From the NCBI GenBank assembly GCA_035559535.1, contig DATMBG010000051.1, forward strand, positions 310,001-374,000: a stretch of DNA of 64,000 nt, in the 5' to 3' direction. Source of the stretch: Candidatus Limnocylindrales bacterium (lineage in GTDB: Bacteria; Moduliflexota; Moduliflexia; Moduliflexales; JAUQPW01). Of the stretch, positions 1 to 9,225 are shown piece after piece (the stretch's first letter is position 1; every line of letters begins with the position of its first letter). The notes beneath the pieces are model-generated. The model did not search any database, was not told where the DNA came from, and saw only the letters and a list, made by a program, of their open reading frames with translations. The translations under genes and the position numbers were made by a program.

Positions 1-1253
1 TGTCGGAGTTTATAGATGAGGTCTGGGTTTGCTTTACCCTTTAGAAGATGGTAATCCAGGTTATAAACTTTGAAGTTAGGATCGGAGGCCTGAGCCGGAT
101 CAATTCCTATCAGGAAATGAAAATCTGAAAAATCTCCATAAACATACCAATCCACCCCCAGCTTTCGGATAACTTCATTCATTCCATCCCGAAGAGCTTT
201 GGCAATGGCATTGGCCTTTTGGATATCTTCCCCGGATTCAAGGATTCTTAAAGTCGTCAGACCTGCGCTGGCCGAAAGGGGATTTGCATTGTAGGTTCCT
301 GGATGGTACATCTTCTTATGGCGATTCCAGTGGGGATCATCTTTTCTGAACTCAAGGTATTCCATAATGTCCTTTCGCCCGGCAACGGCTCCGCCGGGAA
401 GTCCACCTGCAACGATTTTGGCCATTGTGGTTAAGTCCGGTTTAATCTTATAAAATTCCTGGGCACCGCCAGGAGCAACCCGAAATCCTGTGATAACCTC
501 GTCAAAGATTAAGATGACCCCATATTGGGCCGTTAGTCGCCTCAACTCCGGCAGAAAGGCCGGATCGGTAGGAATCATTCCATAGGATCCACCGGTAGGT
601 TCGATAATCACACAAGCGATATCCTGATGATGTTCCTTTAAGATTTTTTCCAAAGCTTTCGTATCATTGGGGGGACAGAGGATTACGCTTCCGATGACAT
701 CATCCAAAAGTCCTGGAGAGATAGGGACTTCATAAGGGGGGTTAACTCCTATAGCTACATTATCATGCCAGCCATGAAAGTGGCCTTCGAACTTGACCAC
801 CCGGGTCTTATTTGAAAAAGCCCTGGACAGTCGAATGGCCATGAGAGTTGCTTCGGTTCCAGAGCTGGTAAAGCGAACCCTCTCGGCAGAAGGGACCATT
901 TTGATAATCTGAGCCCCCCATTCAACTTCCAGAGCATGGCAGGCCCCGTAGTGAGTTCCTTTCTCCAGTTGTTCCTGGACCGCCTTAAGAACCACCGGAT
1001 GACCATGTCCTAAAATAAGAGCTCCATGTCCAACCCAATAATCGACATATTCTCTATCGTCTTCATCCCACTTTCTGGACCCTTTAGCTCTTTTAACATA
1101 AATAGGAAAAGGCGTCATGTATCGCCCATCATGGGTTACCCCACTTGGAAAAATCTTCTGGGCTTGTTCATAAAGTGCTTTAGATTTAGGGAGTGCGGCT
1201 TGATAGGCATCCGTTAGACTTAGAGCAAGCTGAGAAACTGCCTGACTGGCCAT
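1..1253 (-). CDS. Class III PLP aminotransferase, glutamate-1-semialdehyde aminomutase-like (3' end runs off window)
   Basis: Not in the ORF track; translated by hand from ATG 1253 with SD AGGAGG. Motifs FPSGVTHD, SGTEAT, FEGHFHGWHD, LIFDEVITGFR, PDLTTMAKIVAGGLP, HPGTYNANP. Confidence 0.9.
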   Translation of the reverse strand, partial: MASQAVSQLALSLTDAYQAALPKSKALYEQAQKIFPSGVTHDGRYMTPFPIYVKRAKGSRKWDEDDREYVDYWVGHGALILGHGHPVVLKAVQEQLEKGTHYGACHALEVEWGAQIIKMVPSAERVRFTSSGTEATLMAIRLSRAFSNKTRVVKFEGHFHGWHDNVAIGVNPPYEVPISPGLLDDVIGSVILCPPNDTKALEKILKEHHQDIACVIIEPTGGSYGMIPTDPAFLPELRRLTAQYGVILIFDEVITGFRVAPGGAQEFYKIKPDLTTMAKIVAGGLPGGAVAGRKDIMEYLEFRKDDPHWNRHKKMYHPGTYNANPLSASAGLTTLRILESGEDIQKANAIAKALRDGMNEVIRKLGVDWYVYGDFSDFHFLIGIDPAQASDPNFKVYNLDYHLLKGKANPDLIYKLR

Positions 1254-1314
1254 GGGTCACCTCCTACACGGTTTGTTGTCCGTAGTCAATTTAGGAAGAG
1301 CAACGGACAACGGA

Positions 1315-2100
1315 TTAAAGTTGTTTATATTCTTCCAATAAATCTACGAGTCGATCAACCACAGCCGCTACAATTTTTTCTCCTGTATCCACCGAAGCAA
1401 CGGTCGGGTCTCCCATAATTCCCTTAGAAGTAGATTCTGCAAAATCAAAACCGATGGTTACAGACCCCGAATCCAAAAGATCCTTTATTCCATAAGAAAT
1501 ACCGAACCGTGATTTAGGGGTCCAGGTTTCTTTACTTATCTGGCTGGTATCTACCAGATTTGGACGTAAATAAAGCTGAAGGGAAGTTTCAAGCTCACAG
1601 GCATGTCCCATTCCACCCGGTTCACTTTTTCGGATGGCCCGGATCTCATCGGCTGCCAGGTCCCAATAGGAAGTTGCCAATATTTTAGTTCGATGGGTTC
1701 GCATAAAGTCATTGACTACTAAATTAATTAAGGCCCGATTTCCTCCGTGTCCATTTAAAATGAGGATTTTTTTAAATCCATGGTGATAAAGACTATCACA
1801 GATATCCTTGAGCAGATCCAGGAAGGTTTCCAGTCGAAGGGTAAGGGTACCTTGAAATCCCATATGATGAGGGGAATACCCAAACCAGACCGGTGGACAT
1901 ACCAGAACATCTCTCCTTTTGAGGGCGGCCCTCTTTGCAATTTCCAAAGAACTATGAATATCCGTATCAACCGGCAAATGGGGTCCGTGCTGCTCAATGG
2001 AGCCAACCGGAATAATGACCATATAACCTGCTTTTTGGGCTCTTTCAATTTCCAGCCGGTTCATTTCATTCCAGAGAAACTTGGGAGGGTTTTCGGTCAT
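1315..2100 (-). CDS. Creatininase (creatinine amidohydrolase) family protein
   Basis: PVGSIEQHGPHLPVDTD, GYSPHH, NGHGGN, GHACELETS. Confidence 0.93.
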   Translation of the reverse strand: MTENPPKFLWNEMNRLEIERAQKAGYMVIIPVGSIEQHGPHLPVDTDIHSSLEIAKRAALKRRDVLVCPPVWFGYSPHHMGFQGTLTLRLETFLDLLKDICDSLYHHGFKKILILNGHGGNRALINLVVNDFMRTHRTKILATSYWDLAADEIRAIRKSEPGGMGHACELETSLQLYLRPNLVDTSQISKETWTPKSRFGISYGIKDLLDSGSVTIGFDFAESTSKGIMGDPTVASVDTGEKIVAAVVDRLVDLLEEYKQL

Positions 2101-2208
2101 ATCCTTTTCTCTTTGCGCCTTCTTCGGGAACTCTACGGTTTGATTTTTAACCCCAGAGAACCCTTAGAAGGCGCCCAGGGGTGTAAGAAAGTATCCTCTG
2201 GCGACTGA

Positions 2209-3405
2209 TTAGAAAGCCAGGGCTTTCTTCGGGTTCTCGATTAACATCTTCCCGATAGCCCTTTCAGGAATTCCGGCTTTGCTCAATCTTGGAACAACCT
2301 CGGAAAGGATGAGGCTCCAGGGATGTTCCCTGAATAGCCACCAGTCGGATTCTCGTTTCTCCTCTTGCCAGAAAGTCTTGTAAAAGTAAGGTACGGCATC
2401 ATGACTCAGGAGAAGTTGGTCCTCGAAGCCGGCCTCTACCAGGGGTTTTATGAATTCGGCCCGGTTATCTACCGGATAGTTATCGTATCCTATCCGGTCG
2501 AACTGGACCCAAACCCCGAGTTCTGCCAACTTTTTATGATAATCCGTAGCTTTTACATTTTCTCGATCGTCCATATAACCTTGATGGCCCACAATGATTT
2601 TCTTAGGATTCACTTTCAGCGATATAAGCATTTGAGCCAGTTCCAGACCTCCTCCGTTGGTGGTATGGATGGTAATGGGACACCCGGTTTGAATGGAAGC
2701 CAGACCGGCTGCTGTATTAGCCCGACGTTCTAAAGCCGTTAAGTACTTGCTGGTAGCAATTTTGATGATGCCGGCTTTAATGTTGGTAAAGGTCTCTCCC
2801 GGTTTACCATATGGATCTTCCATACCTTCTGTGATCTCTTTAACGTAGAGTTTAGCAACTTTGTCGATCCCATCCTTCTCCATCAGCATGGAAATGGCCC
2901 AGGGATGCATAGGCGCTAAGGCCTCTCCCCAGAAACCTGTACAGCCCACTACATGAATATCACTCTTTTTTGCCATTTCGACAATGAGATCAGGGTAACG
3001 ACCCACCCGGATCGGAGTGACCTCTACAATGGTCCCTGTTTTGGCCCAGCTTCCAAGTTGACTGTGAAATTCTTCCAGGGACTTCACAGCCTGTTGGATA
3101 ACTTTCTGGCGAAACTCTCCCTGGATAGGAGCCATAGGCTGTTCGTAGAGGCCTGACCAGTCGATAACCGGCCCATGTTCATGCATGAAGGTAACACCCA
3201 ATTCATCGGGAGAGATAGGACCTAGAACAGTTTGGACTTTGGGCCCTTCTTTCTGTCTATCCATTTGAGCTTCTGCAATACCCACAGGACTGGAATATTC
3301 TAAAAAAGCTTCCCCCAGAGCAGCCAAACCGGCGGCTATCGCCGAAGATTTCTTGAGGAAGTCCCGCCTTGTGATTTTGAAACGGGGATCACCACATAGA
3401 CACAT
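2209..3405 (-). CDS. Tat-exported phosphotriesterase/PTE-like lactonase family amidohydrolase
   Basis: TRRDFLK Tat motif; VQTVLGPI..LGVTFMHEH, GIIKIATS, TIHT, GHQG, LSHD metal-ligand pattern; SD AAGGAGG. Confidence 0.88.
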   Translation of the reverse strand: MCLCGDPRFKITRRDFLKKSSAIAAGLAALGEAFLEYSSPVGIAEAQMDRQKEGPKVQTVLGPISPDELGVTFMHEHGPVIDWSGLYEQPMAPIQGEFRQKVIQQAVKSLEEFHSQLGSWAKTGTIVEVTPIRVGRYPDLIVEMAKKSDIHVVGCTGFWGEALAPMHPWAISMLMEKDGIDKVAKLYVKEITEGMEDPYGKPGETFTNIKAGIIKIATSKYLTALERRANTAAGLASIQTGCPITIHTTNGGGLELAQMLISLKVNPKKIIVGHQGYMDDRENVKATDYHKKLAELGVWVQFDRIGYDNYPVDNRAEFIKPLVEAGFEDQLLLSHDAVPYFYKTFWQEEKRESDWWLFREHPWSLILSEVVPRLSKAGIPERAIGKMLIENPKKALAF

Positions 3406-3735
3406 AACCCCTCCTTTAATTTTTTAGCCACTCAGGCACCCGGAATACCAAAGAATCCTCCCTATTTCTGGAAGAATCCCTTGAATCCAGGTAACCCGGT
3501 GGCACTGACGAGTTTACCCAAGCCGAACCTCTTTATAACAAGAATATTTCTAAGGTTCAAGAAAAAAATCTTGAATAATTCTTGACAGGTAAAGGTTCCT
3601 CTTATAGCCTTCTGTTTTTGTGTGGAAAGGGCCTTTCCGGTTAACAGATTAGCCGGGTTTTAAATCTGGCTAGAGTAACTATGGGACGAAATCTAATCAA
3701 AAAACTTAAAAACGTCGTACAGCCGACTACCTACT

Positions 3736-4200
3736 ATGACAAATCCAAATCAATTTTTGCTTTTTGCCGTAGTTGTAGTAAGTGCAGTACTGAATTTAGC
3801 CTTTTTACAAGGAGAAGCTTATCCTCATCCAAAACCGCTTTTAGATAAGACTAAAAATCTTTCGGATCTTACTCCCGAAGAACGAGAGGCTCTTATCGAG
3901 AAGATCCTTTCGCGGCTCATAAGATGTGAAAGTGGGGGTAATCCTAAGGCGATAGGTTTAGACAGAAATGGCGCTACAAACCGAGGGATTTTACAATTCA
4001 AACCGAAAACCCTTCGTAAATTCGCAATTAAATATGGTTTTTTACCCAAAACTATTAAACTCAGTGAGGTGAGGGCCCGGATACATGATCCCGATTTGCA
4101 AATAAAGACGGCCCGGGAAATGATTAAACGAAATGGACATAGAAAACAGTTCTGGAAGACCCAATTTCCTGGATGCTCAAAGAGAATGGGATTATGGTAA
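3736..4200 (+). CDS. Secreted lysozyme-like/Rpf-like lytic transglycosylase
   Basis: N-terminal hydrophobic segment; IRCESGGN...GILQF...Q...FPGCS. Confidence 0.7.
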   Translation: MTNPNQFLLFAVVVVSAVLNLAFLQGEAYPHPKPLLDKTKNLSDLTPEEREALIEKILSRLIRCESGGNPKAIGLDRNGATNRGILQFKPKTLRKFAIKYGFLPKTIKLSEVRARIHDPDLQIKTAREMIKRNGHRKQFWKTQFPGCSKRMGLW

Positions 4201-4250
4201 TAATGATAACTATCGACGTTTTTAATTTTGTATAGTATTTTAGCCATGAT

Positions 4251-4457
4251 ATGGTAAATGATTATCGAATGCAAAGGATTAATAACTGCCTGATTTCTAT
4301 TGTGCAGGCTGCCAAAGAGCTTATTGAAAACGAAGATTTAACAGAGGAAGAGCGCGCACTTTATAAAATGAGTATTAGAAGAATGGCCGAAGGGATCATC
4401 GAAATCTGCGAAGCAGATTTTAAAACGGCGCCGGAGAACGGAAACGGGGAAGAGTGA
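4251..4457 (+). CDS. Small hypothetical protein
   Basis: 68-aa helical-looking ORF following the transglycosylase gene; no recognisable motif. Confidence 0.45.
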   Translation: MVNDYRMQRINNCLISIVQAAKELIENEDLTEEERALYKMSIRRMAEGIIEICEADFKTAPENGNGEE

Positions 4458-4522
4458 TTCCAGAGAGGTTATTGGCCTGCCTATTATACCAAATCTGATA
4501 GATGATGTTGTATTCAAAAGGA

Positions 4523-4550
4523 ATAGGGGCGACCGGCCGGTCGCCCCTAT
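4523..4550. repeat. REP-like perfect 28-bp palindrome
   Basis: ATAGGGGCGACCGG|CCGGTCGCCCCTAT. Confidence 0.85.
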
Positions 4551-4593
4551 AAGGTTTATACGACATATTCCATCAGAATGGGTATCAAAAATT

Positions 4594-6885
4594 ATGATTT
4601 CTGGGGATGGGCAACTTAGAGTTACGAGGGTGTTTGTTCTGGGATTCTTTATACTTCTAAAGATCTTGATTTTTACGACCGGTTCGGTCAATGCTCAAAT
4701 TCCCAACTTTATTTGGTCTGTGAAGGCCGGTGGCACAAGCAGTGATTTTGGCAATGCCATTGCGACCGATGGGTTGGGTAACAGTATTGTTACAGGCTCG
4801 TTCAGAGGTACTGTAACCTTCGGTACCATTACCCTGACCAGTACAGGCGGAACTTCAGACTCGGATATCTTTATCGTCAAGTATGATGCTTTTGGTAATC
4901 TGCTGTGGGTCAGGCAAGCGGGGGGTGTAGATATCGATGAAGGATTCGGTGTTGGCGTAGATGGATCAGGAAATATCACCGTTACCGGTTCGTTTAGAGG
5001 TACGGCCAGGTTTGACACCGTCTCGGTAACCAGTGCCGGTCTTGAAGATATTTTCATTGCCAGGTATGATGCTTCAGGTAATCTGATTTGGGTTAGACGG
5101 GCAGGTGGAACCAGCGGGGATGTTGGACTCAGCGTGGCTGTAGATGGATTGGGTAACAGTATCATTACGGGATTTTTTCAGGGTACTGCAACCTTTGGGA
5201 CTACCAATTTGATCAGCACCGGAGGAAGCGATATTTTTATCGTCAAGTATGATGCCTCGGGTAATGTGATATGGGCCAGACGGGCCGGTGGTGTAGGCTT
5301 CGATGTGGGGAACAGTGCTGTGATAGATGGATCGGGTAACAGCTTCCTTACCGGACAGTTTCAAGGTACAGCGACCTTTGGCAATCTCACACTTACGGCT
5401 GCCGGGGGGGTGAATGACTTTGATATCTTCATCGCTAAATATGATACGGCGGGTAATGTGATATGGGCTAAACGAGCCGGCGGATCGGGTTCCAACGATT
5501 CGGGAAATGGTATTACAGTAGATGGAGGGGGAAATAGCATCCTTACCGGACAATTCCAGGGCACTGCAACTTTTGATACAGTGAGATTGACGGCAGCAGG
5601 TGGAGCGGCGGACCTGGATATCTTCATTGCCAAATATGACATTTCTGGTAATCTGTTGTGGGTGAGACAGGCCGGTGGAACGAACCTGGATGTTGGAACT
5701 GCCATTGCTTCCGATAGGGCGGGTAACGGTGTGGTGACCGGTTCATTTAAAGGAACTGCAACCTTCAATACAACTTCCTTAACAAGTGCTGGAGGAGATG
5801 ATATTTTTATCGCCAAGTATGATACCTCAGGTAACCTGCTGTGGGTTAAGCAGGCCGGTGGAAGCGGCGATGATGTAGGAAACGGTCTTGTCGCTCTGGG
5901 ATCGGGGGATATCTTCCTGACCGGTCAGTTTCAGGGTACGGCGACCTTCGATACAACGATCCTGACAAGTACCGGTAGCTTTGATATCTTTACCTCCCGA
6001 TTAAGTTCCTTCCTCCCTACGCCGACACCCACTCCAACCCCGGGTTTTCCGATCCATCTCGTGATAGATTCCGACGATTATGATGGAGACCGTACGACAG
6101 ATTTTGCTGTCTGGCGACCCACCGAAGGAAATTGGTATACTTTAGGCTTCCAGGGGAATCCCGGAATTCAAACCTGGGGCGTGGAAGGAGATATTCCGGT
6201 ACCGGGTGATTACGATGGGGATGGAGTTGCTGATAAAGCCATATGGCGGCCTGGAGATGGGACCTGGTGGATCCTTTTCTCAAGTAGCGGCTTTATCAAT
6301 TTATTGGCCTGGGGCCTACCGGGAGATATTCCGGTTCCGGCGGACTATGATGGAGATTCGCTTACCGATGTAGCCGTCTGGCGACCCAGTGAAGGAAATT
6401 GGTATATCCTTTCATCGATGGGGAGTGTCTTTCTAATCCCATGGGGTTTACCTGGAGATATTCCGGTTCCAGGGGATTATGATGGGGATAAGATTACCGA
6501 TGTAGCCGTCTGGCGACCCAGTGAAGGAAATTGGTATATCCTTTTTCTATCAACGGGTGGAGTCGGTCTGGTACCCTGGGGTTTACCTGGGGATATTCCG
6601 GTTCCCGGGGATTATGATGGGGACGGGATAACCGATCCTGCCATCTGGCGACCCAGTGAAGGAAATTGGTGGATTACTTTCCCGACGGGTGCCTTCAGTT
6701 TGATTCCTTGGGGTATTTCTGGAGATATTCCAACGCCCGGGGATTATGATGGGGATGGAATTGCAGATATAGCCGTCTGGCGACCCAGTGAAGGAAATTG
6801 GTATGTTCTTTTATCCACAGGTGGCTTCAGTTTAGTTCCGTGGGGTATTCCCGGAGATATCCCGGTATCGGGTTCAGGTAAGTAA
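4594..6885 (+). CDS. Secreted repeat protein: SBBP-type beta-propeller repeats + Pro/Thr linker + FG-GAP-like (DYDGD) repeats
   Basis: About 8 repeats of DIFIAKYDxxGNxxWxxxAGG...GxFxGTATF; PTPTPTPTP linker; 6 repeats of DYDGDxxxDxAxWRPxxGxW. Confidence 0.88.
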   Translation: MISGDGQLRVTRVFVLGFFILLKILIFTTGSVNAQIPNFIWSVKAGGTSSDFGNAIATDGLGNSIVTGSFRGTVTFGTITLTSTGGTSDSDIFIVKYDAFGNLLWVRQAGGVDIDEGFGVGVDGSGNITVTGSFRGTARFDTVSVTSAGLEDIFIARYDASGNLIWVRRAGGTSGDVGLSVAVDGLGNSIITGFFQGTATFGTTNLISTGGSDIFIVKYDASGNVIWARRAGGVGFDVGNSAVIDGSGNSFLTGQFQGTATFGNLTLTAAGGVNDFDIFIAKYDTAGNVIWAKRAGGSGSNDSGNGITVDGGGNSILTGQFQGTATFDTVRLTAAGGAADLDIFIAKYDISGNLLWVRQAGGTNLDVGTAIASDRAGNGVVTGSFKGTATFNTTSLTSAGGDDIFIAKYDTSGNLLWVKQAGGSGDDVGNGLVALGSGDIFLTGQFQGTATFDTTILTSTGSFDIFTSRLSSFLPTPTPTPTPGFPIHLVIDSDDYDGDRTTDFAVWRPTEGNWYTLGFQGNPGIQTWGVEGDIPVPGDYDGDGVADKAIWRPGDGTWWILFSSSGFINLLAWGLPGDIPVPADYDGDSLTDVAVWRPSEGNWYILSSMGSVFLIPWGLPGDIPVPGDYDGDKITDVAVWRPSEGNWYILFLSTGGVGLVPWGLPGDIPVPGDYDGDGITDPAIWRPSEGNWWITFPTGAFSLIPWGISGDIPTPGDYDGDGIADIAVWRPSEGNWYVLLSTGGFSLVPWGIPGDIPVSGSGK

Positions 6886-7004
6886 CCTTTTCTGTCTACC
6901 CGTGAACTTAAAACCAAGTCCAGGAGAAAAGGTTTGCTCTGAGGACTTTCCTGGAAAAACTAATAAATTAGCTCAACTGGAACAAATTTCTGAACGGTCC
7001 GATG

Positions 7005-7027
7005 GGAGTGGGTTTCAAACCCACTCC
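7005..7027. repeat. REP-like palindrome between convergent genes
   Basis: GGAGTGGGTTT-C-AAACCCACTCC. Confidence 0.7.
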
Positions 7028-7079
7028 TGTTCCCCTGAAAACGAAAGTAGAAATTCCCCCCGTATCCGGGACCGTTGAT

Positions 7080-7937
7080 TTAGTACCGGTTCCTTCCTGG
7101 TCCGGGTCCTATACCCCATCTTCCATAGGTTGCCCCCCTTCCCAGGAGATTGTTTTTAAAGGTATGAAACTGAGGCTCATCGGTGATCAAACCCGATCTA
7201 GGGGGAAATCGGCTGATCTCATAACTTACATTTCGAATACGTTCCTGGGTTAGCGGGTGGGAGGAAAACAACCTGGCCAATCGGCCCGGTTGTCGATTTT
7301 CCTCGGCCAGGATCTTTTGAAAGAAGATAACCATTCCATTGGGATCGAATCCAGCCTGATACATATAATAAGCCCCCAGACGGTCTGCTTCTCGTTCATC
7401 ATCCCGACTATGTTTCGCCAGATATCCTGCTCCAACAATCTGGGCTAAAAGTCTTTCATAAGCCGGAGGGTTTTGACCCAGGAGGATGGAGCCGAGGGTG
7501 CGAAGTTGATATTGTCGGATCAAAGCTTCTGTAGCATGCCTTTTAACCCCATGGGCGATTTCATGGGCCATGACTCCAACCAGCTCAGACTCTGTATCGG
7601 TCTCTTGAACCAGGCCCGTATAGATATAGACATGGCCCCCGGGAATATTAAAGGCATTGACATCGTTGTCCCGAATGATCTGAAACTGCCAGGGAAGATT
7701 TCGAAGCTCTGTTTGCTGAACAATTCGTTGGCCGAGTTGATTGACATAGGCTACACTGAAAGGATCTGTAACGATATTTACTTTTCGGGATATACCCTGG
7801 GCCAGTCGATCACCAAACCTCCATTCCTGCTGAATAGAAACTGCATTAAGACCTCTCCCCGATTGAACATCTGTAGAAACGCCAAGCAACACGCTAAGCA
7901 ACACAAAAAAAATTACAACATATTTTAGAAAAGGCAT
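7080..7937 (-). CDS. M48 family zinc metallopeptidase (paralog 2, Sec signal)
   Basis: VNAFNIPGGH, HEIAH, EREAD, SSHP. Confidence 0.93.
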   Translation of the reverse strand: MPFLKYVVIFFVLLSVLLGVSTDVQSGRGLNAVSIQQEWRFGDRLAQGISRKVNIVTDPFSVAYVNQLGQRIVQQTELRNLPWQFQIIRDNDVNAFNIPGGHVYIYTGLVQETDTESELVGVMAHEIAHGVKRHATEALIRQYQLRTLGSILLGQNPPAYERLLAQIVGAGYLAKHSRDDEREADRLGAYYMYQAGFDPNGMVIFFQKILAEENRQPGRLARLFSSHPLTQERIRNVSYEISRFPPRSGLITDEPQFHTFKNNLLGRGATYGRWGIGPGPGRNRY

Positions 7938-7991
7938 AACTCCTCCTCTTTTAGCAAGATCAAGGAAGGGGCGACACAGGCATCGCCCACA

Positions 7992-8867
7992 TCAGTAGCG
8001 GTACCTTCGGGGTATCCGCACCCGTCTCCAATCCCGTTCATAGCTATCTCCTCCAACCAGACTATTCTTAAAATCGTGAAATTGAGGTTCATCGGTAATC
8101 AAGTCGGGTCTTGGAGGAAATCGGCTAATCTCGTAGCTAACGTTTCGGATCCGTTCCTCTGTCAAAGGATGGGTAGAAAAGAACTTTTCGATCAAACCGG
8201 GTCGATCTCTTTCTTCTTCCAAAAGCTTTTGAAAGAAGATTACCATTCCATTAGGATCAAAGCCGGCCTGGTACATATACCGAGCCCCTAGCTGATCTGC
8301 CTGTCTTTCTGCGCCTCTACTATAGCTTGCCATGTATCCTGCACCGAGAATCTGGGCCAGAAGCTGTTCATAGACCGGGGGGTTTTGTCCTAATAGGAGG
8401 GAGGTGATAATACCGAGGCCATATTGAGTGGACAGGGCCTGTGTGGCATGCCTTTCGACCCCATGGGCGATTTCATGGGCCAGGACTCCGGCGAGTTCAG
8501 ATTCTGTGCTGGTTTTCTGGATAAGTCCTGTATAGACATAAACATGCCCACCAGGGATATTGAAGGCATTAATTTCTCTACTTCGAATAATATGAAACTC
8601 CCAGGGAAGATTTCGGAATTCTGTTTGCTGAACCAGGCGTTGTCCCAGTTGATTGATATAAGCTACACTGGAAGGATTGGTAACCAGGTTGGATTTTCGA
8701 TCTATATCTTGAGCTAATTTATTTCCCAGTCTCCACTCCTGCTGCAGGGAAACCAAATTAAAGCCGCCTCCCGGTTGAATCCCCACACAACCTCCAACGA
8801 GGAGGCTTATAAGTACCAAAAAAGTGACCAGGTACTTTGAGAAGATATATGATTGAGCAACTTGCAT
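7992..8867 (-). CDS. M48 family zinc metallopeptidase (paralog 1, probable lipoprotein)
   Basis: LVGGC lipobox; INAFNIPGGH, HEIAH, ERQAD, STHP. Confidence 0.93.
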   Translation of the reverse strand: MQVAQSYIFSKYLVTFLVLISLLVGGCVGIQPGGGFNLVSLQQEWRLGNKLAQDIDRKSNLVTNPSSVAYINQLGQRLVQQTEFRNLPWEFHIIRSREINAFNIPGGHVYVYTGLIQKTSTESELAGVLAHEIAHGVERHATQALSTQYGLGIITSLLLGQNPPVYEQLLAQILGAGYMASYSRGAERQADQLGARYMYQAGFDPNGMVIFFQKLLEEERDRPGLIEKFFSTHPLTEERIRNVSYEISRFPPRPDLITDEPQFHDFKNSLVGGDSYERDWRRVRIPRRYRY

Positions 8868-8979
8868 GATTTTGAACTCCTTCTAATACGGCAGGATCTA
8901 TCCGCCATACCTGTAAATTTGTAGCTGTAGAGCCCACCTTATACCAGAAAACCCGAGAAGCCTGTCGACTCTACCTTCA

Positions 8980-9052
8980 CCCTTACCCCTCTTCCGAAGC
9001 TTCGGAAGAGGGGTAAGGGAAGAGAATCAAACCGAATTAACCTTACAAAGTC
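8980..9052. repeat. Perfect 40-bp palindrome followed by a MITE-type terminal repeat
   Basis: CCCTTACCCCTCTTCCGAAG|CTTCGGAAGAGGGGTAAGGG (8980-9019); 9032-9052 matches the TIR of the 61.2-kb element at 17/21. Confidence 0.75.
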
Positions 9053-9126
9053 GTAGGCCTTCTGGGGTAAACTCTCTTGAGGGCCTATTTTGAGAACCTG
9101 AAGGGTCTATTCTAAACCAAATCCAC

Positions 9127-9142
9127 TGCAACAGTTATGCCG
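9127..9142 (-). promoter_or_regulatory. Putative sigma-54 -24/-12 promoter upstream of the M48 pair
   Basis: Minus strand CGGCAT-AACTG-TTGCA (GG-N10-GC). Confidence 0.5.
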
Positions 9143-9225
9143 TATCTCTCATCTCTCCTCAGAACTTCTATTTAAGTAGACGCCGGAGAGAGTTGCAAGT
9201 TGCACGTTTCTAAAAAATTTTCCTT

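Noticed and set aside
1315-2100. Mycofactocin MftE (creatininase family)
   Set aside because: No mftA, mftB or radical-SAM mftC nearby
6362-6802. Regularly spaced 25-nt direct repeats resembling a CRISPR array
   Set aside because: The period is 132-135 nt, in frame within the FG-GAP-like coding repeats; the intervening sequences are similar to each other; no cas genes are present
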